Positions 50,871 to 61,102 of a DNA stretch of 64,000 bases are shown one piece after another (positions within the stretch are counted from its first letter, which is position 1; the number at the start of each line of letters is the position of its first letter). This stretch comes from Alphaproteobacteria bacterium. Its GTDB lineage: Bacteria; Pseudomonadota; Alphaproteobacteria; GM7ARS4; G965262615. The stretch is taken from positions 1,478,259 through 1,542,258 of the forward strand of contig OZ253545.1 of the NCBI GenBank assembly GCA_965262615.1. Direction: 5' to 3'. Position numbers and translations under genes: made by a program. The notes below the pieces were generated by a model. It ran no database searches. It was not told the DNA's origin and worked only from the letters and a program-made list of their open reading frames with translations.

Positions 50871-52325
50871 TCATGAGGGCGTGACGGGAAGAGTCACAAA
50901 ACGCCTGTCATCGCCCTGGCGCACGAGAAACAACGCCAGCTTATCGTCATCACGAATGATGGCTTGAATATATTCCGCCACCTGTTGCGGAGACAACACA
51001 TCCATCTGTCCCGCTTTCAAAATAATGTCCCCCACGGTGAGTCCTCGCCGTGCCGCCACGCCATTGCTCGCCACATTGACAATCATGACACCGCGCACAT
51101 CATCCGCCAAATTAAAGCGTCTGCGAGTGGCGGCATCAATGGATGCCAATTCCAGCCCCAAGCTGTCAATGCGCAGAGTGTCACCGCCGCCCGGAGTCGG
51201 TGAGCCATCGGCGGCAATGACCTGACTTTCAAATTGCTCCATATCGCCAATATTCACCCTGACTTCCATGCTAGAGCCACTTCGCCAGATAATCACACTG
51301 ACATCATTGCCAATTCCCGTATCGGCAACGGCGCGCTGCAACGCCCGCACATCCGCCACTTCAATTTTATTGTAGCGCAAAATGACATCGCCAATCTCAA
51401 TGCCCGCTTGGGCGGCGGGCTGCCCCGGATAGACATCAGTGATAATCACGCCTTTCTTCACACTCAGCCCTAAACTCTCAGCAATATCCTCACGCAAGCT
51501 CTCAATACGCACCCCCAGCCAGCCTCTTTTGGCAACGCCATATTGACGCAATTGCGCCAGCACCGTCTTTGCCAAATTGGACGGAATGGAAAAACCAATG
51601 CCCACACTGCCACCACTGGGTGAATAAATCGCCGTGTTGATGCCAATCACCTCCCCATCCAAATTAAATAAAGGACCTCCTGAATTGCCTCTGTTGATGG
51701 GGGCATCGGTTTGAATGTAGTCATCATAGGGTCCCGAATTGATGTCGCGCGCCCGAGCCGAAATGATTCCCGCCGTCACCGAGCCTCCCAGACCATAGGG
51801 ATTGCCAATCGCCACCACCCAATCGCCCACGCGCGCACCGCCAGAATCACCCATTTTGACATGAGGCAACGGCTTGTCCGCCTCTATTTTCAGCAATGCC
51901 AAATCCGTCTTGCGATCTCGTCCGATGAGAGTCGCCTGATAGCGAGTCTCATCTTGCAAAATCACCTCAATCTCACTGGCTTGGTCAATCACATGATTAT
52001 TGGTCACCACATAGCCGCGCGCATCAATGATAAAGCCCGAGCCCAGAGAATGTTGCTGAGGCATATTGTCGCCAAAGCGTCGGTTGAATCTGTCAAAAAA
52101 ATCACCAAAGGGCGACCCCGGGGGAAATTGAAAGAAGAAGTCATTGCCACCACCAAAAGGCGATTGCTGCTGTTCTTGCTGTTGTTGCGTGGAAATATTC
52201 ACCACCGCCGGCAACAATTTTTCTGCCAAATCGGCAAAACTATCGGGCGCGCCTCGTCCCCATGCCGATGATACACTCACCGCAATCACAAGACTCATCA
52301 TCCATACAATCTGTTTTGTCATCAT
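50871..52325 (-). CDS. degP: DegP/DegQ periplasmic serine protease
   Basis: TNNHV, DLALL, GNSGGP, two PDZ domains. Confidence 0.93.
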   Translation of the reverse strand: MMTKQIVWMMSLVIAVSVSSAWGRGAPDSFADLAEKLLPAVVNISTQQQQEQQQSPFGGGNDFFFQFPPGSPFGDFFDRFNRRFGDNMPQQHSLGSGFIIDARGYVVTNNHVIDQASEIEVILQDETRYQATLIGRDRKTDLALLKIEADKPLPHVKMGDSGGARVGDWVVAIGNPYGLGGSVTAGIISARARDINSGPYDDYIQTDAPINRGNSGGPLFNLDGEVIGINTAIYSPSGGSVGIGFSIPSNLAKTVLAQLRQYGVAKRGWLGVRIESLREDIAESLGLSVKKGVIITDVYPGQPAAQAGIEIGDVILRYNKIEVADVRALQRAVADTGIGNDVSVIIWRSGSSMEVRVNIGDMEQFESQVIAADGSPTPGGGDTLRIDSLGLELASIDAATRRRFNLADDVRGVMIVNVASNGVAARRGLTVGDIILKAGQMDVLSPQQVAEYIQAIIRDDDKLALFLVRQGDDRRFVTLPVTPS

Positions 52326-52387
52326 GAAAACTCCTTATACCACACGCACATAGCATGCGAAACTATATCCTCTATGAATGAGTCACC

Positions 52388-53263
52388 CTATCGCTTCTGA
52401 TTACCCGTTATATTTTTGAAATAACGGAAAAAATCGCCATCAGGGGTTAAAATCATCATGGTGTTGTCCTCTTTCATGATGGTGCGATAGGCTTCCAGCG
52501 AGCGATAGAAATTATAGAACGAGGGGTCTTTGCCAAACGCTTGTGCGTAAATACGGATGGATTCTCCATCTCCCTCACCGCGCAAGGTGGATGCTTTTTT
52601 GCGCGCCTCGGCAAGAATGATGGTGCGATCACGATTGGCTTCGGCACGAATTTCCGCCGCCAGTTCTTGTCCTTTGGCTCGAAATTCTTTGGCTTCTCGT
52701 TCTCTCTCACTTCGCATTCTCTGATAAATGGCGTTGCTGTTGGCGATGGGCAAGTCGGCACGGCGAATGCGGACATCATGCACCGCAATGCCAAATTCCT
52801 GCGCCTTTTCATTGACTCGGTTGCGAATGTTTTTCATGACGGCAACCCGCTCTTTGGAGAGCATGTCCTGCATGGGCACTTTGCCCACAATGTTACGCAA
52901 AGCACCATTGACCAGTGCATTCAGGCGTTGGGCGGCAATGCGTTCATTGCGCACCGTCTTCAAAAATTGCAGTGGATCCACAATGCGATAGCGGGCAAAG
53001 GTATCCAAAACGATGCGCTTTTTATCGCCCGCAATGACCTCCGCATCAGGGTGATCATAATCCAGCAAGCGTTTATCGTAGAAAACCACCCGCTCCGTAA
53101 ATGGATACTTGCGATACAATCCCGCTTTTTGCGTGACCTGACGAGGCTCGCCAAATTGCAAGACAATGGCTTGTTCTCCCTCATTGACAATGAAAAAAGA
53201 ATCCAGCACCGCCACCAGCGAGCCCACCAAAAACACCAGAATCACTATAGGCATATTGTTCAT
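52388..53263 (-). CDS. hflC: Protease modulator HflC
   Basis: SPFH domain, RMRSERERE, FYRSLEAY. Confidence 0.95.
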   Translation of the reverse strand: MNNMPIVILVFLVGSLVAVLDSFFIVNEGEQAIVLQFGEPRQVTQKAGLYRKYPFTERVVFYDKRLLDYDHPDAEVIAGDKKRIVLDTFARYRIVDPLQFLKTVRNERIAAQRLNALVNGALRNIVGKVPMQDMLSKERVAVMKNIRNRVNEKAQEFGIAVHDVRIRRADLPIANSNAIYQRMRSEREREAKEFRAKGQELAAEIRAEANRDRTIILAEARKKASTLRGEGDGESIRIYAQAFGKDPSFYNFYRSLEAYRTIMKEDNTMMILTPDGDFFRYFKNITGNQKR

Positions 53264-54342
53264 CGTTGTTCCACGCCTTTCTTGAGTTCTGGAATAAACA
53301 TGTAGGGCAGCAATCCACCCCCGCCCCATGCGTCATCCACCACCATTTTTTGTGTGTTTGTCATCACCTCTTCCAATGTCTCAATGTACATACGATAGCG
53401 GGTGACCTCTTTGTCAGACAAGTAGGAATTCAGCACCGAATCAAATCGTGATGCCCGCCCTTGAGCCAGCGACACCACCTCACTCTTGTAGGCTTCGGCT
53501 TCATTGACAAGGCGCGCCGCCTCACCCCGAGCCTTAGGGACGACTTCGTTGCGATAGGCTTCGGCTTGATTGCGCAGCCGCTCTTGGTCGGCTTTGGCAT
53601 TTTGCACATCGTGAAAGGCATCCTTGACCTGTTCGGGCGGATCCACCTGTTTCAATTGCACCTGCACAATCTCCACCCCCGATTGATAGTCATCCAGCAA
53701 TTGTTGCACAATTTGATGGGTCTCTTCCTGCACGGCATCACGCCCTTCGGTGAAGAGGTATTCAATTTTATTTCTGCCCACCACCTCACGCACGACACTT
53801 TCCGCCACGCTTTTGACGGTCTGTGCCGGCGAGCGCATGTTAAAAAGATACAACTGGGCATCCTTAATGCGCCACAACACCGCCACATTCACATCCAGAA
53901 TGTTCTCATCCCCTGTGAGCATGAGACTCTCTTCCAAAATTTGCCGCGATTGCGGACGGTCACGACTCTCCTCGCCGCGATAGCCAATCTCCGTGCGATT
54001 GATTTGCGTCACCTTCGGCTTATAGACGGTCTCCACGGGATAGGGATAATGTAAATGAAGCCCCGGTTCAGTGGTGCGCACCCATTTGCCAAAACGCAAG
54101 ACAATGCCCTCTTCATCAGGATTGACCCTATAAATACCACTGCCAATCCATAGCACCAAAGCCGCCAAAAAAAACAAAATAAAATTGCGCTTTTTGTGAG
54201 GTCCCTCAAAGAACTGTGCGAACAAATCATCGTCATTGCCGCCACGGCGCGAGCCGCCACCGCCACCAGGTGACGAATTCTCGTCCTTGGGCGGAGTGCG
54301 CGTCCCCCACGGGCTGTTTTTATCGTTATCAGACCAATTCAC
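53260..54342 (-). CDS. hflK: Protease modulator HflK
   Basis: MLTGDENI, PP.QV.DAF.DV, VPKARGEA. Confidence 0.95.
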   Translation of the reverse strand: MNWSDNDKNSPWGTRTPPKDENSSPGGGGGSRRGGNDDDLFAQFFEGPHKKRNFILFFLAALVLWIGSGIYRVNPDEEGIVLRFGKWVRTTEPGLHLHYPYPVETVYKPKVTQINRTEIGYRGEESRDRPQSRQILEESLMLTGDENILDVNVAVLWRIKDAQLYLFNMRSPAQTVKSVAESVVREVVGRNKIEYLFTEGRDAVQEETHQIVQQLLDDYQSGVEIVQVQLKQVDPPEQVKDAFHDVQNAKADQERLRNQAEAYRNEVVPKARGEAARLVNEAEAYKSEVVSLAQGRASRFDSVLNSYLSDKEVTRYRMYIETLEEVMTNTQKMVVDDAWGGGGLLPYMFIPELKKGVEQR

Positions 54343-54422
54343 CTATTGCGTCCCCATGTTCTTTGATATAACGCATTGCATAATATCTGCAATAGGGCAA
54401 CCATCATAAAAGCAAACATCAC

Positions 54423-55451
54423 ATGACCGATATCGCCGCCATTCTTCGCTCCGTTCCCCTCAAAGAGGGGGAGTCGTTGGGTGATGACCGCATCGTCTCC
54501 ATCAGCCACCATGACCAGCAACTGCGGGTGACCCTCAATGTGACGGGACTATCCCAACAAGAGCGACAAACACTGCAACACGCCATTGAGCGCGCCCTCA
54601 AAGACAACCACATCACCCACAAGCTGCATCTCATCATGACATCCGAAAGACAAGCCGCCACGGATAGCGGTGCAAGCAGTTCAATGCGTCCCCCCAATGT
54701 GGGTCACATCGTGGCGGTGGCATCCGGCAAGGGGGGCGTGGGAAAATCCACGCTGGCAGTGTCGCTCGCTGTCGCATTGACGCAATTGAACCACACGGTG
54801 GCAATCATGGATGCCGACATTCATGGGCCATCCCTGCCCACCATGCTGGGAGTCGCCGATGCCATGCCGCCACAAAATGAACACGGACTCATCATCCCCC
54901 CCACACCGCACGGAATCGCCATGATGTCGGTGGGACTGCTGCTAGAAAAAGACACCCCCCTCATCTGGCGCAGCCCCATGATCATCAGTGCCATGACAAC
55001 GCTCCTCACAAAAGTCGCCTGGCAACAACGAGATTTTCTCATTGTGGATTTGCCCCCAGGAACGGGAGACGCCTCCCTCACATTGGCACAAAAGGCACAG
55101 CCCGATGGTGTCGTCATTGTCTCCACCCCGCAAGAAGTGGCTTTGCTGGATGCGCGCAAAGCCATCCTCGCCTTTAGACGCTTGTCCATCCCCATTCTTG
55201 GCATCGTGGAGAACATGAGCTTTTTTGAATGTCCCCATTGTGGCGAGCGCACCGCCATCTTCTCCGCCGATGGCGCACAAAAAGAAGCACAAAAACAAAA
55301 CATTCCCCTGCTGGGACAGCTGCCCATCAACTCGCTCATCTGTGATGGAGGCGAGAACGGAATCCCACTCAATATCAATGACCCTCACAGCACACACGCT
55401 CATAACATGAAAGACATCGCCCACAAGCTCATAAAAAACTTGAAAACTTGA
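54423..55451 (+). CDS. mrp: Mrp/ApbC Fe-S cluster carrier ATPase
   Basis: SGKGGVGKST, DLPPGTGD, ENMS.F.CPHC. Confidence 0.94.
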   Translation: MTDIAAILRSVPLKEGESLGDDRIVSISHHDQQLRVTLNVTGLSQQERQTLQHAIERALKDNHITHKLHLIMTSERQAATDSGASSSMRPPNVGHIVAVASGKGGVGKSTLAVSLAVALTQLNHTVAIMDADIHGPSLPTMLGVADAMPPQNEHGLIIPPTPHGIAMMSVGLLLEKDTPLIWRSPMIISAMTTLLTKVAWQQRDFLIVDLPPGTGDASLTLAQKAQPDGVVIVSTPQEVALLDARKAILAFRRLSIPILGIVENMSFFECPHCGERTAIFSADGAQKEAQKQNIPLLGQLPINSLICDGGENGIPLNINDPHSTHAHNMKDIAHKLIKNLKT

Positions 55452-55566
55452 ATTTCCATTCTATCGCACTACATTAAAAATTATCAATCTTATTAGTGGC
55501 ACAGCTCTAGCCATCTACTACAGATTGTGTTACAGTAGATTCTTCATAGTGAGGAGATAACAACCA

Positions 55567-55908
55567 ATGACTTATGTGGTCACAGAATCATGCATCCGCT
55601 GTAAATACATGGATTGCGTGGAGGTTTGTCCTGTAGATTGCTTCTACGAGGGTGAGAACATGCTGGTCATCCATCCCGATGAGTGCATTGACTGCGGGGT
55701 GTGTGAGCCCGAGTGCCCTGTGGAAGCCATCATTCCCGACAACGACCCCCAAGCGGAATCATGGATTGATATGAACCGAGAGTACGCCGAAAAATGGCCC
55801 AACATCACCCGCATGGGAACGCCCCCCGCTGACGCGGACGATTGGAAGGAAGTGAAAGACAAGTTCAAGACTCACTTCTCTCCCAATCCCCCCACCAAAG
55901 ACGAATAG
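55567..55908 (+). CDS. fdxA: 7Fe ferredoxin
   Basis: [38 protein letters not shown]. Confidence 0.96.
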   Translation: MTYVVTESCIRCKYMDCVEVCPVDCFYEGENMLVIHPDECIDCGVCEPECPVEAIIPDNDPQAESWIDMNREYAEKWPNITRMGTPPADADDWKEVKDKFKTHFSPNPPTKDE

Positions 55909-55925
55909 AACCAACACTCACGATC

Positions 55926-56453
55926 ATGACGCAAAAAACGAGAAAAAAAACCGCCGAAAAGAGCAATTCTTTTCGCAAGGGTGACTTTGTCGTCTACCCC
56001 ACCCATGGCTTGGGAAAAATCACGGGGCGAGAGGATAAAGTCATCGGCGATGATTCCTGCACCATGCTGGTCATTTTCTTTGAAGAAGAAAAAATGACCA
56101 TGAGCGTCCCCTTAGGGCGCGCCGATGAACTGGGCTTGCGCTGCCTCAGCTCGCGCGATCGCATGCGCCTTGCCATGACCACCCTGCAAGGAACGCCCAA
56201 AGTCAAACGCACCATGTGGAACAGACGGGCACAGGAATATGAGTCTAAAATCAATTCGGGCGACCCCGTCTCCATCGCCGAGGTGGTGCGCGACCTGTTT
56301 CGCAAAGGGGATCAAGCCGAACAATCCTATTCCGAGCGACAGATGTATCAAGCCGCACTGGAGCGGTTGGTGCGGGAATACGCCGCCGTTGAAAGCATTG
56401 ACCAAGAAAATGCCACCAAACGACTGGAAGACTTCCTTGAAAAAGCCGCCTGA
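55926..56453 (+). CDS. carD: CarD family transcription factor
   Basis: VVYPTHG.G, MWNRRAQEY..KINSGD, SYSER. Confidence 0.95.
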   Translation: MTQKTRKKTAEKSNSFRKGDFVVYPTHGLGKITGREDKVIGDDSCTMLVIFFEEEKMTMSVPLGRADELGLRCLSSRDRMRLAMTTLQGTPKVKRTMWNRRAQEYESKINSGDPVSIAEVVRDLFRKGDQAEQSYSERQMYQAALERLVREYAAVESIDQENATKRLEDFLEKAA

Positions 56454-56455
56454 CC

Positions 56456-57133
56456 CTACTTGCGCCAAGGCGCGCTCTTCACATGAGCCGCCCATGCCGA
56501 CTGGTCACGCTCCGAAAAACCGTCTATGTCACCGCCGTCACCAACACCCAGACCGTGATGCAACACAAACTGCGGAATGGCGCGCAATTCACCAGGCGAC
56601 AGCGGCTTTCTGTGATCATCCGACATCAACTGCACCATATCACGAGAGACATTGGCGATGACATCTTTATTGCCATGAATGCGAGCGCGCACCTTTGGTG
56701 AAATGCCATTCTCAAAAGAACGAAACTCAGATGTGCCCACCTTCATGGCATCAATTTTTTGCTCGTGCACATGGCGATACACCTCACGAATGTAACCGGG
56801 ATTCAAATGCTTGACCGAGTGGTTTTTTTTGGCAAGATTCACGGCTTTGCTTCCCGCATCTTTATATTGCTTGCGCACCCCCTTTTGAAAAGCATTGACC
56901 TCACTGCGAGCGCGCAACGCCGTCAGACTCACTTTGCCACTGCCCGTCCGCCGCCACAGACCGCTCACAAAGCGTACCAGCCAGCCGCGCTTGCCCGTGT
57001 AGAGGCGTCCTTTTTGATCCACATTCAGACGCTGATTGGAATCCAAATGGCGAAAACCCGCTTTGGATAAATCAAAGAGCGGCTGCCGCTTGGAGGGACC
57101 CAAAGAATTCAGCGATGGAAAAAATGACGGCAT
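56456..57133 (-). CDS. Orphan protein C, putative secreted effector paralog
   Basis: Aligns by eye with the two upstream ORFs; TAATG coupling. Confidence 0.75.
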   Translation of the reverse strand: MPSFFPSLNSLGPSKRQPLFDLSKAGFRHLDSNQRLNVDQKGRLYTGKRGWLVRFVSGLWRRTGSGKVSLTALRARSEVNAFQKGVRKQYKDAGSKAVNLAKKNHSVKHLNPGYIREVYRHVHEQKIDAMKVGTSEFRSFENGISPKVRARIHGNKDVIANVSRDMVQLMSDDHRKPLSPGELRAIPQFVLHHGLGVGDGGDIDGFSERDQSAWAAHVKSAPWRK

Positions 57134-58644
57134 TATCTCGTTTGGGTTTTTTTGAACGCATTCGTCAATTGACCATACACGGGCCACAAATTATCACCGA
57201 ATAATCTGCGAGGCGCGCCTAAGTCCGCTTCCGATAAATACTTGTCAGAATTGGAACTGCCTTGCATCTCACGAGCCGCCCGCACCGTCAAAGAGAAAAT
57301 TTGATCTCGCTCAGCATTGGTCAAATTCCGCCGCAGATGAACGGTCGCTTTGTGCAACAAGGAATCCATCTCACCGCGCATCTTTTGCTCGTTATTCACC
57401 ATATAGTCATGCATGTATTTCCTCCCTCTTGGATTCATGTCACGGACATCCAGAAATCCCATGCCTTTTTGTGCAAACTGCTCCCCTGACGGCAGATGCT
57501 CTTTCATCAGAGCTTGGTTATTTTCTATATGAGGTTTTAAGTTGGTGGTTTTGTCATTCACACTGGAACGCAAGGCACTGGCGTTCTTGCCGGTCATTGC
57601 CTTGAGGTAGCTGGCATGCTTGCTGTAGGATGATGTCATTGATTCGTCGGGTTTGAATATTTTGCCCATGGCGATGTCATAGGCCAGCACCATGTGAGAC
57701 TCTTTGAGCTCACTCGCCTTGTGAGCATTGCTGTGAATCAAGGTCTCATCGATAATCTCATTGATGAGCGGTTGATTGGCACGCATAATGCCGCGCCAAT
57801 CACCGTAATCACGCTCTAAGGCAGCCATGTTAAAATGCTTTTTGAGAAAAGCTTCCACGCGCGCGTCATTTTGTAAAAACTTGGCGACAAGCTTTCTGTT
57901 GCTCGCCAGAACATGGTCATTGTTCCATGGTGCTTTTTTCAGCATTTGACTCAATTGCTTATTTTGCTTCGGTGTGAGTGTGGGGTCATTCACTTCTTGA
58001 GCGATGCCAGACGGCAGAGATGACTGCACCACATGGCGTGCCACGGCATGAATTTGCTCATCGGTGACGGGGGTAAGATTGTTATTGGACAACAGAGCAA
58101 TTCCTTTTGCCATCTGCTGGCGCGTTTGCTCCTTATTGATTTGCAGATGCTGTTCCACCTCTGAAAAGTTCGCGAGTTCATTGTCGGATGTCTTGGTCTT
58201 CGTGCCTTGAGCGATTGCCCCCTCATAAATCCCTTTGTATTGTACGCCACCGAGATAGTTCTCCAGTTTTTGGTCATTGATTCCTTTGATGGTGGTGCGA
58301 ATAAATGACACCGTCATGGGCTTTGTTTCGTCATGGACTGGCGTGGCACTGACTGATTTGGCTTGATCAATGGCATTGTGTCCGATGTCATTATGCTCGT
58401 TGGCAATGATGGTGTGAAACTGGGTTTTCAAATTGGTGTTGTGCTCATTGATGCGTTGCCAGTTTTGGTTTCCCAACATCCGCCCGATGAATTTTCCCAT
58501 CCGCACCCGCCAGCTGTGTGCGCCAAAAGCGAGTCGTCCATTGGAACTCACATGGATGCTGCTGTGTCCATAGCGAGAGGCACGGCGCGCCACCTCACTG
58601 AAATGCTGCACCGTCTTGATTTGATTGATGTTGTTGATGGGCAT
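57133..58644 (-). CDS. Orphan protein B (503 aa), putative secreted effector paralog
   Basis: Long ORF, N-rich N-terminus MPINNINQ, shared N-terminal domain, no Sec signal or TM. Confidence 0.8.
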   Translation of the reverse strand: MPINNINQIKTVQHFSEVARRASRYGHSSIHVSSNGRLAFGAHSWRVRMGKFIGRMLGNQNWQRINEHNTNLKTQFHTIIANEHNDIGHNAIDQAKSVSATPVHDETKPMTVSFIRTTIKGINDQKLENYLGGVQYKGIYEGAIAQGTKTKTSDNELANFSEVEQHLQINKEQTRQQMAKGIALLSNNNLTPVTDEQIHAVARHVVQSSLPSGIAQEVNDPTLTPKQNKQLSQMLKKAPWNNDHVLASNRKLVAKFLQNDARVEAFLKKHFNMAALERDYGDWRGIMRANQPLINEIIDETLIHSNAHKASELKESHMVLAYDIAMGKIFKPDESMTSSYSKHASYLKAMTGKNASALRSSVNDKTTNLKPHIENNQALMKEHLPSGEQFAQKGMGFLDVRDMNPRGRKYMHDYMVNNEQKMRGEMDSLLHKATVHLRRNLTNAERDQIFSLTVRAAREMQGSSNSDKYLSEADLGAPRRLFGDNLWPVYGQLTNAFKKTQTR

Positions 58645-59357
58645 TATGATGCCTTTTTATCCATACGCAAGCGAAGGTTTGCCCCCAATTGCTGAATATC
58701 TCGCTCTATACCCTTTTCGGCAAAACCCTCACGAGATGAAGTCTGCACGGGAAATTTCATGCCTTTCATGAGGTGGGAGAAGGCATAATCCACATCTTGT
58801 CTGGTGAGCACCCTTTGATCATCGTCACTCACAAAGTGACACGCGCGCTTGAGAGCTCTGTTAATGGCGACCTCATTGGCTTGTAATTGATTTTTAATTT
58901 TTTGCCGCTCTGCACCTGTTTTGCCAAAATGGTTATCGGGATTGTAAATGTTATTAAATCGCTCACTGCCCACCCGATATTGCGATGCCAGTTGTCCATT
59001 GACTTTGGCAAAGGTTTTTTTGATAAAATCCACCGACATGGATGTTTTGCTTTTCTTGCCTTGTTTGACTCGCCCGTATTCAATGGCTTTGTCAGCAATA
59101 TCCTTGCCATGCACATCGGCGATGGAGTCTCTGAATTCTTGAATGGCTTTTTCATTGACCTGTGCCAGCCTATTATTGCGAGTGAATAGCGAGCGCACTT
59201 TATGAAATGCCCGCACCACCATGGGACGCTCCCCCACCTTGAGACTGCCGTCACTGCGAGCGTGAATGTGCGTTTTGTTGCGATCCGAGGCATCAGACAG
59301 CGCATCCGTGATGCGCGTCAACATGGAGGAAGCGGTATCTCCGATGGTATTGTTCAT
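58644..59357 (-). CDS. Orphan protein A (237 aa), putative secreted effector paralog
   Basis: S/T/N-rich N-terminus, shared domain; SD-like AAGGA upstream. Confidence 0.8.
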   Translation of the reverse strand: MNNTIGDTASSMLTRITDALSDASDRNKTHIHARSDGSLKVGERPMVVRAFHKVRSLFTRNNRLAQVNEKAIQEFRDSIADVHGKDIADKAIEYGRVKQGKKSKTSMSVDFIKKTFAKVNGQLASQYRVGSERFNNIYNPDNHFGKTGAERQKIKNQLQANEVAINRALKRACHFVSDDDQRVLTRQDVDYAFSHLMKGMKFPVQTSSREGFAEKGIERDIQQLGANLRLRMDKKAS

Positions 59358-59472
59358 AACATTGCGTCCTTGCTGTGATGAATTGGCGTGATTGTCTTGT
59401 TTGTAACCAAAAGGGAAAAAATGTTGTCTGGCTGGTATTGTTTTTATTGCGGCGGGGTGCTACGACACATCC

Positions 59473-60162
59473 ATGAAATCCCCCACTGATTGGATGGTGC
59501 GTGTCTGTGATGTGAGCAAATCGTTCGGTGGGCGAACGGTTTTGCACGATATCTCGTTTGATGTGCGTCCTGAAACCATGATCGGCATCATTGGTCCCAA
59601 TGGAGCGGGCAAAAGTGTGCTGGTCAGTATTCTGTTGGGACGGCTGCGCGAGGACACCGGTTCGGTGCAGTTTCACAAAAATGCCGCCATTGCTGCCATT
59701 CCGCAGCGTGACCTCACCGACCCTTTCGTTCTGCCGTTGTCGGTCTGTGAATTTCTCAAAATGAGTGGTGCGCGCTGTGATCAATCTCAGCTGGAAGCTG
59801 CCCTCAATCAGGTGGAATTGAGTCGGTCATGTTTGACACAGAATTTTTATTCCCTCTCAGGCGGTGACAAACAAAAAGCCACGCTGGCACGAGCTCTGCT
59901 CATCAAACCATCCTTGCTGGTGCTGGATGAACCCTTCAGCGCAGTGGATTATGGTGCACGCCAAAACATTTACCGATTGCTGAAAAAAATCAATGCCGAA
60001 CAACGCATCACCATCGTTTTGGTGTCACACGATAGCGACAGCATCATTGACATCTGTGATGACATTTTATGCCTCAATAAGACACTCTACAAAGACTGCC
60101 ACATTGTGGAATTCATGAACGGCAAGAGAGTGGAACATCGCAACCATGACGACAATGGCTGA
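59473..60162 (+). CDS. znuC: Zn/Mn ABC transporter ATPase
   Basis: GPNGAGKS, LSGG, LDEP, VSHD, LCLNK. Confidence 0.82.
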   Translation: MKSPTDWMVRVCDVSKSFGGRTVLHDISFDVRPETMIGIIGPNGAGKSVLVSILLGRLREDTGSVQFHKNAAIAAIPQRDLTDPFVLPLSVCEFLKMSGARCDQSQLEAALNQVELSRSCLTQNFYSLSGGDKQKATLARALLIKPSLLVLDEPFSAVDYGARQNIYRLLKKINAEQRITIVLVSHDSDSIIDICDDILCLNKTLYKDCHIVEFMNGKRVEHRNHDDNG

Positions 60163-61048
60163 TTCACACGACAATCACGGTCATGATGCACATGGTCATG
60201 ATGTGCACGATCACGGCTCCGCTGGCATGGAGCATTGGGATCATTTGCATCATGTGTCCGATTCCATTGCGGCTCTTCCCACCGTGAGTTGGCTTGCGGG
60301 CTTGTTGCTGGCATTGCTGGCGGGAGCATTGGGCCCGATGGTGGTGTCGGCGCGCCAATCCATTGCATCGGATATGTTGGCCCATCTGGCTCTGGCGGGT
60401 CTGGCGGTTGGCATTTTTTTTGATGTATCGCCTTTTGCGGCCATCATCGCCACGCTCTTGGTGGGAGCGGTGTTGTTGTGGAGCATGGTGACTCGCTCAC
60501 CGCACGCACCGGATGCCATTTCCATGTTGTTTCTCAGTGGCGGACTGGCGATTGCCCTCATTTTCGTTGATGACCCACACGAATTGGAGGGTTATCTTTT
60601 TGGCAACATTCGCACCATCAGTCACGGTGAGCTTCTCACGATGGCTGGCTTTGCACTTGGGGCGGGCATCCTGCTGGTGCGCTACTGGTATGCCTTGATG
60701 AGCATCGTGCACATTCCCATTTATACCACCTTGCGGGCTGGTCATGCTGATAAAATGCAATTGCTGTTTTTCATTTTGCTGGCACTGACGATTGGCGTTG
60801 GCATCAAGACGGTGGGGGTTCTGCTGGTGGGGGCGTTGCTGGTGCTTCCTGCTCTTGTGAGCCGTCACTTTGTGTCATCGTTTTTGCATTTGACATTTTT
60901 GTCTATGATTATTTCCACAGGCGGCGTTGTGATGGGCTTGCTGATGAGCAGCGTCACCGCCCTGCCGCCCAGCAGTATGATTGTCATGACCCTCATTGCC
61001 ATGCTGCCTCTGTCATGGCTGATGCGGCGTGCCGCAGGAGGGATTTGA
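60146..61048 (+). CDS. znuB: Zn/Mn ABC transporter permease with His-rich N-terminus
   Basis: DMLAHLALAG, YLFGNI, IKTVGVLLV.ALLVLPA. Confidence 0.85.
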   Translation: MTTMADSHDNHGHDAHGHDVHDHGSAGMEHWDHLHHVSDSIAALPTVSWLAGLLLALLAGALGPMVVSARQSIASDMLAHLALAGLAVGIFFDVSPFAAIIATLLVGAVLLWSMVTRSPHAPDAISMLFLSGGLAIALIFVDDPHELEGYLFGNIRTISHGELLTMAGFALGAGILLVRYWYALMSIVHIPIYTTLRAGHADKMQLLFFILLALTIGVGIKTVGVLLVGALLVLPALVSRHFVSSFLHLTFLSMIISTGGVVMGLLMSSVTALPPSSMIVMTLIAMLPLSWLMRRAAGGI

Positions 61049-61102
61049 ACCCCCGACCCCATCATTACGAATGATGTGCTCTACCAACTGAGCTACTACG
61101 GC
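61030..61102 (-). tRNA. tRNA-Thr(CGT), CCA not encoded
   Basis: GCCGTAG/CTGCGGC acceptor, GCTC/GAGC D stem, CATCA-TTCGTAA-TGATG anticodon arm, GGTTCAAATCC T arm. Confidence 0.96.

Noticed and set aside
56456-61102. Genomic island integrated at tRNA-Thr
   Set aside because: No integrase and no duplicated tRNA 3' end found near carD or elsewhere on reading.
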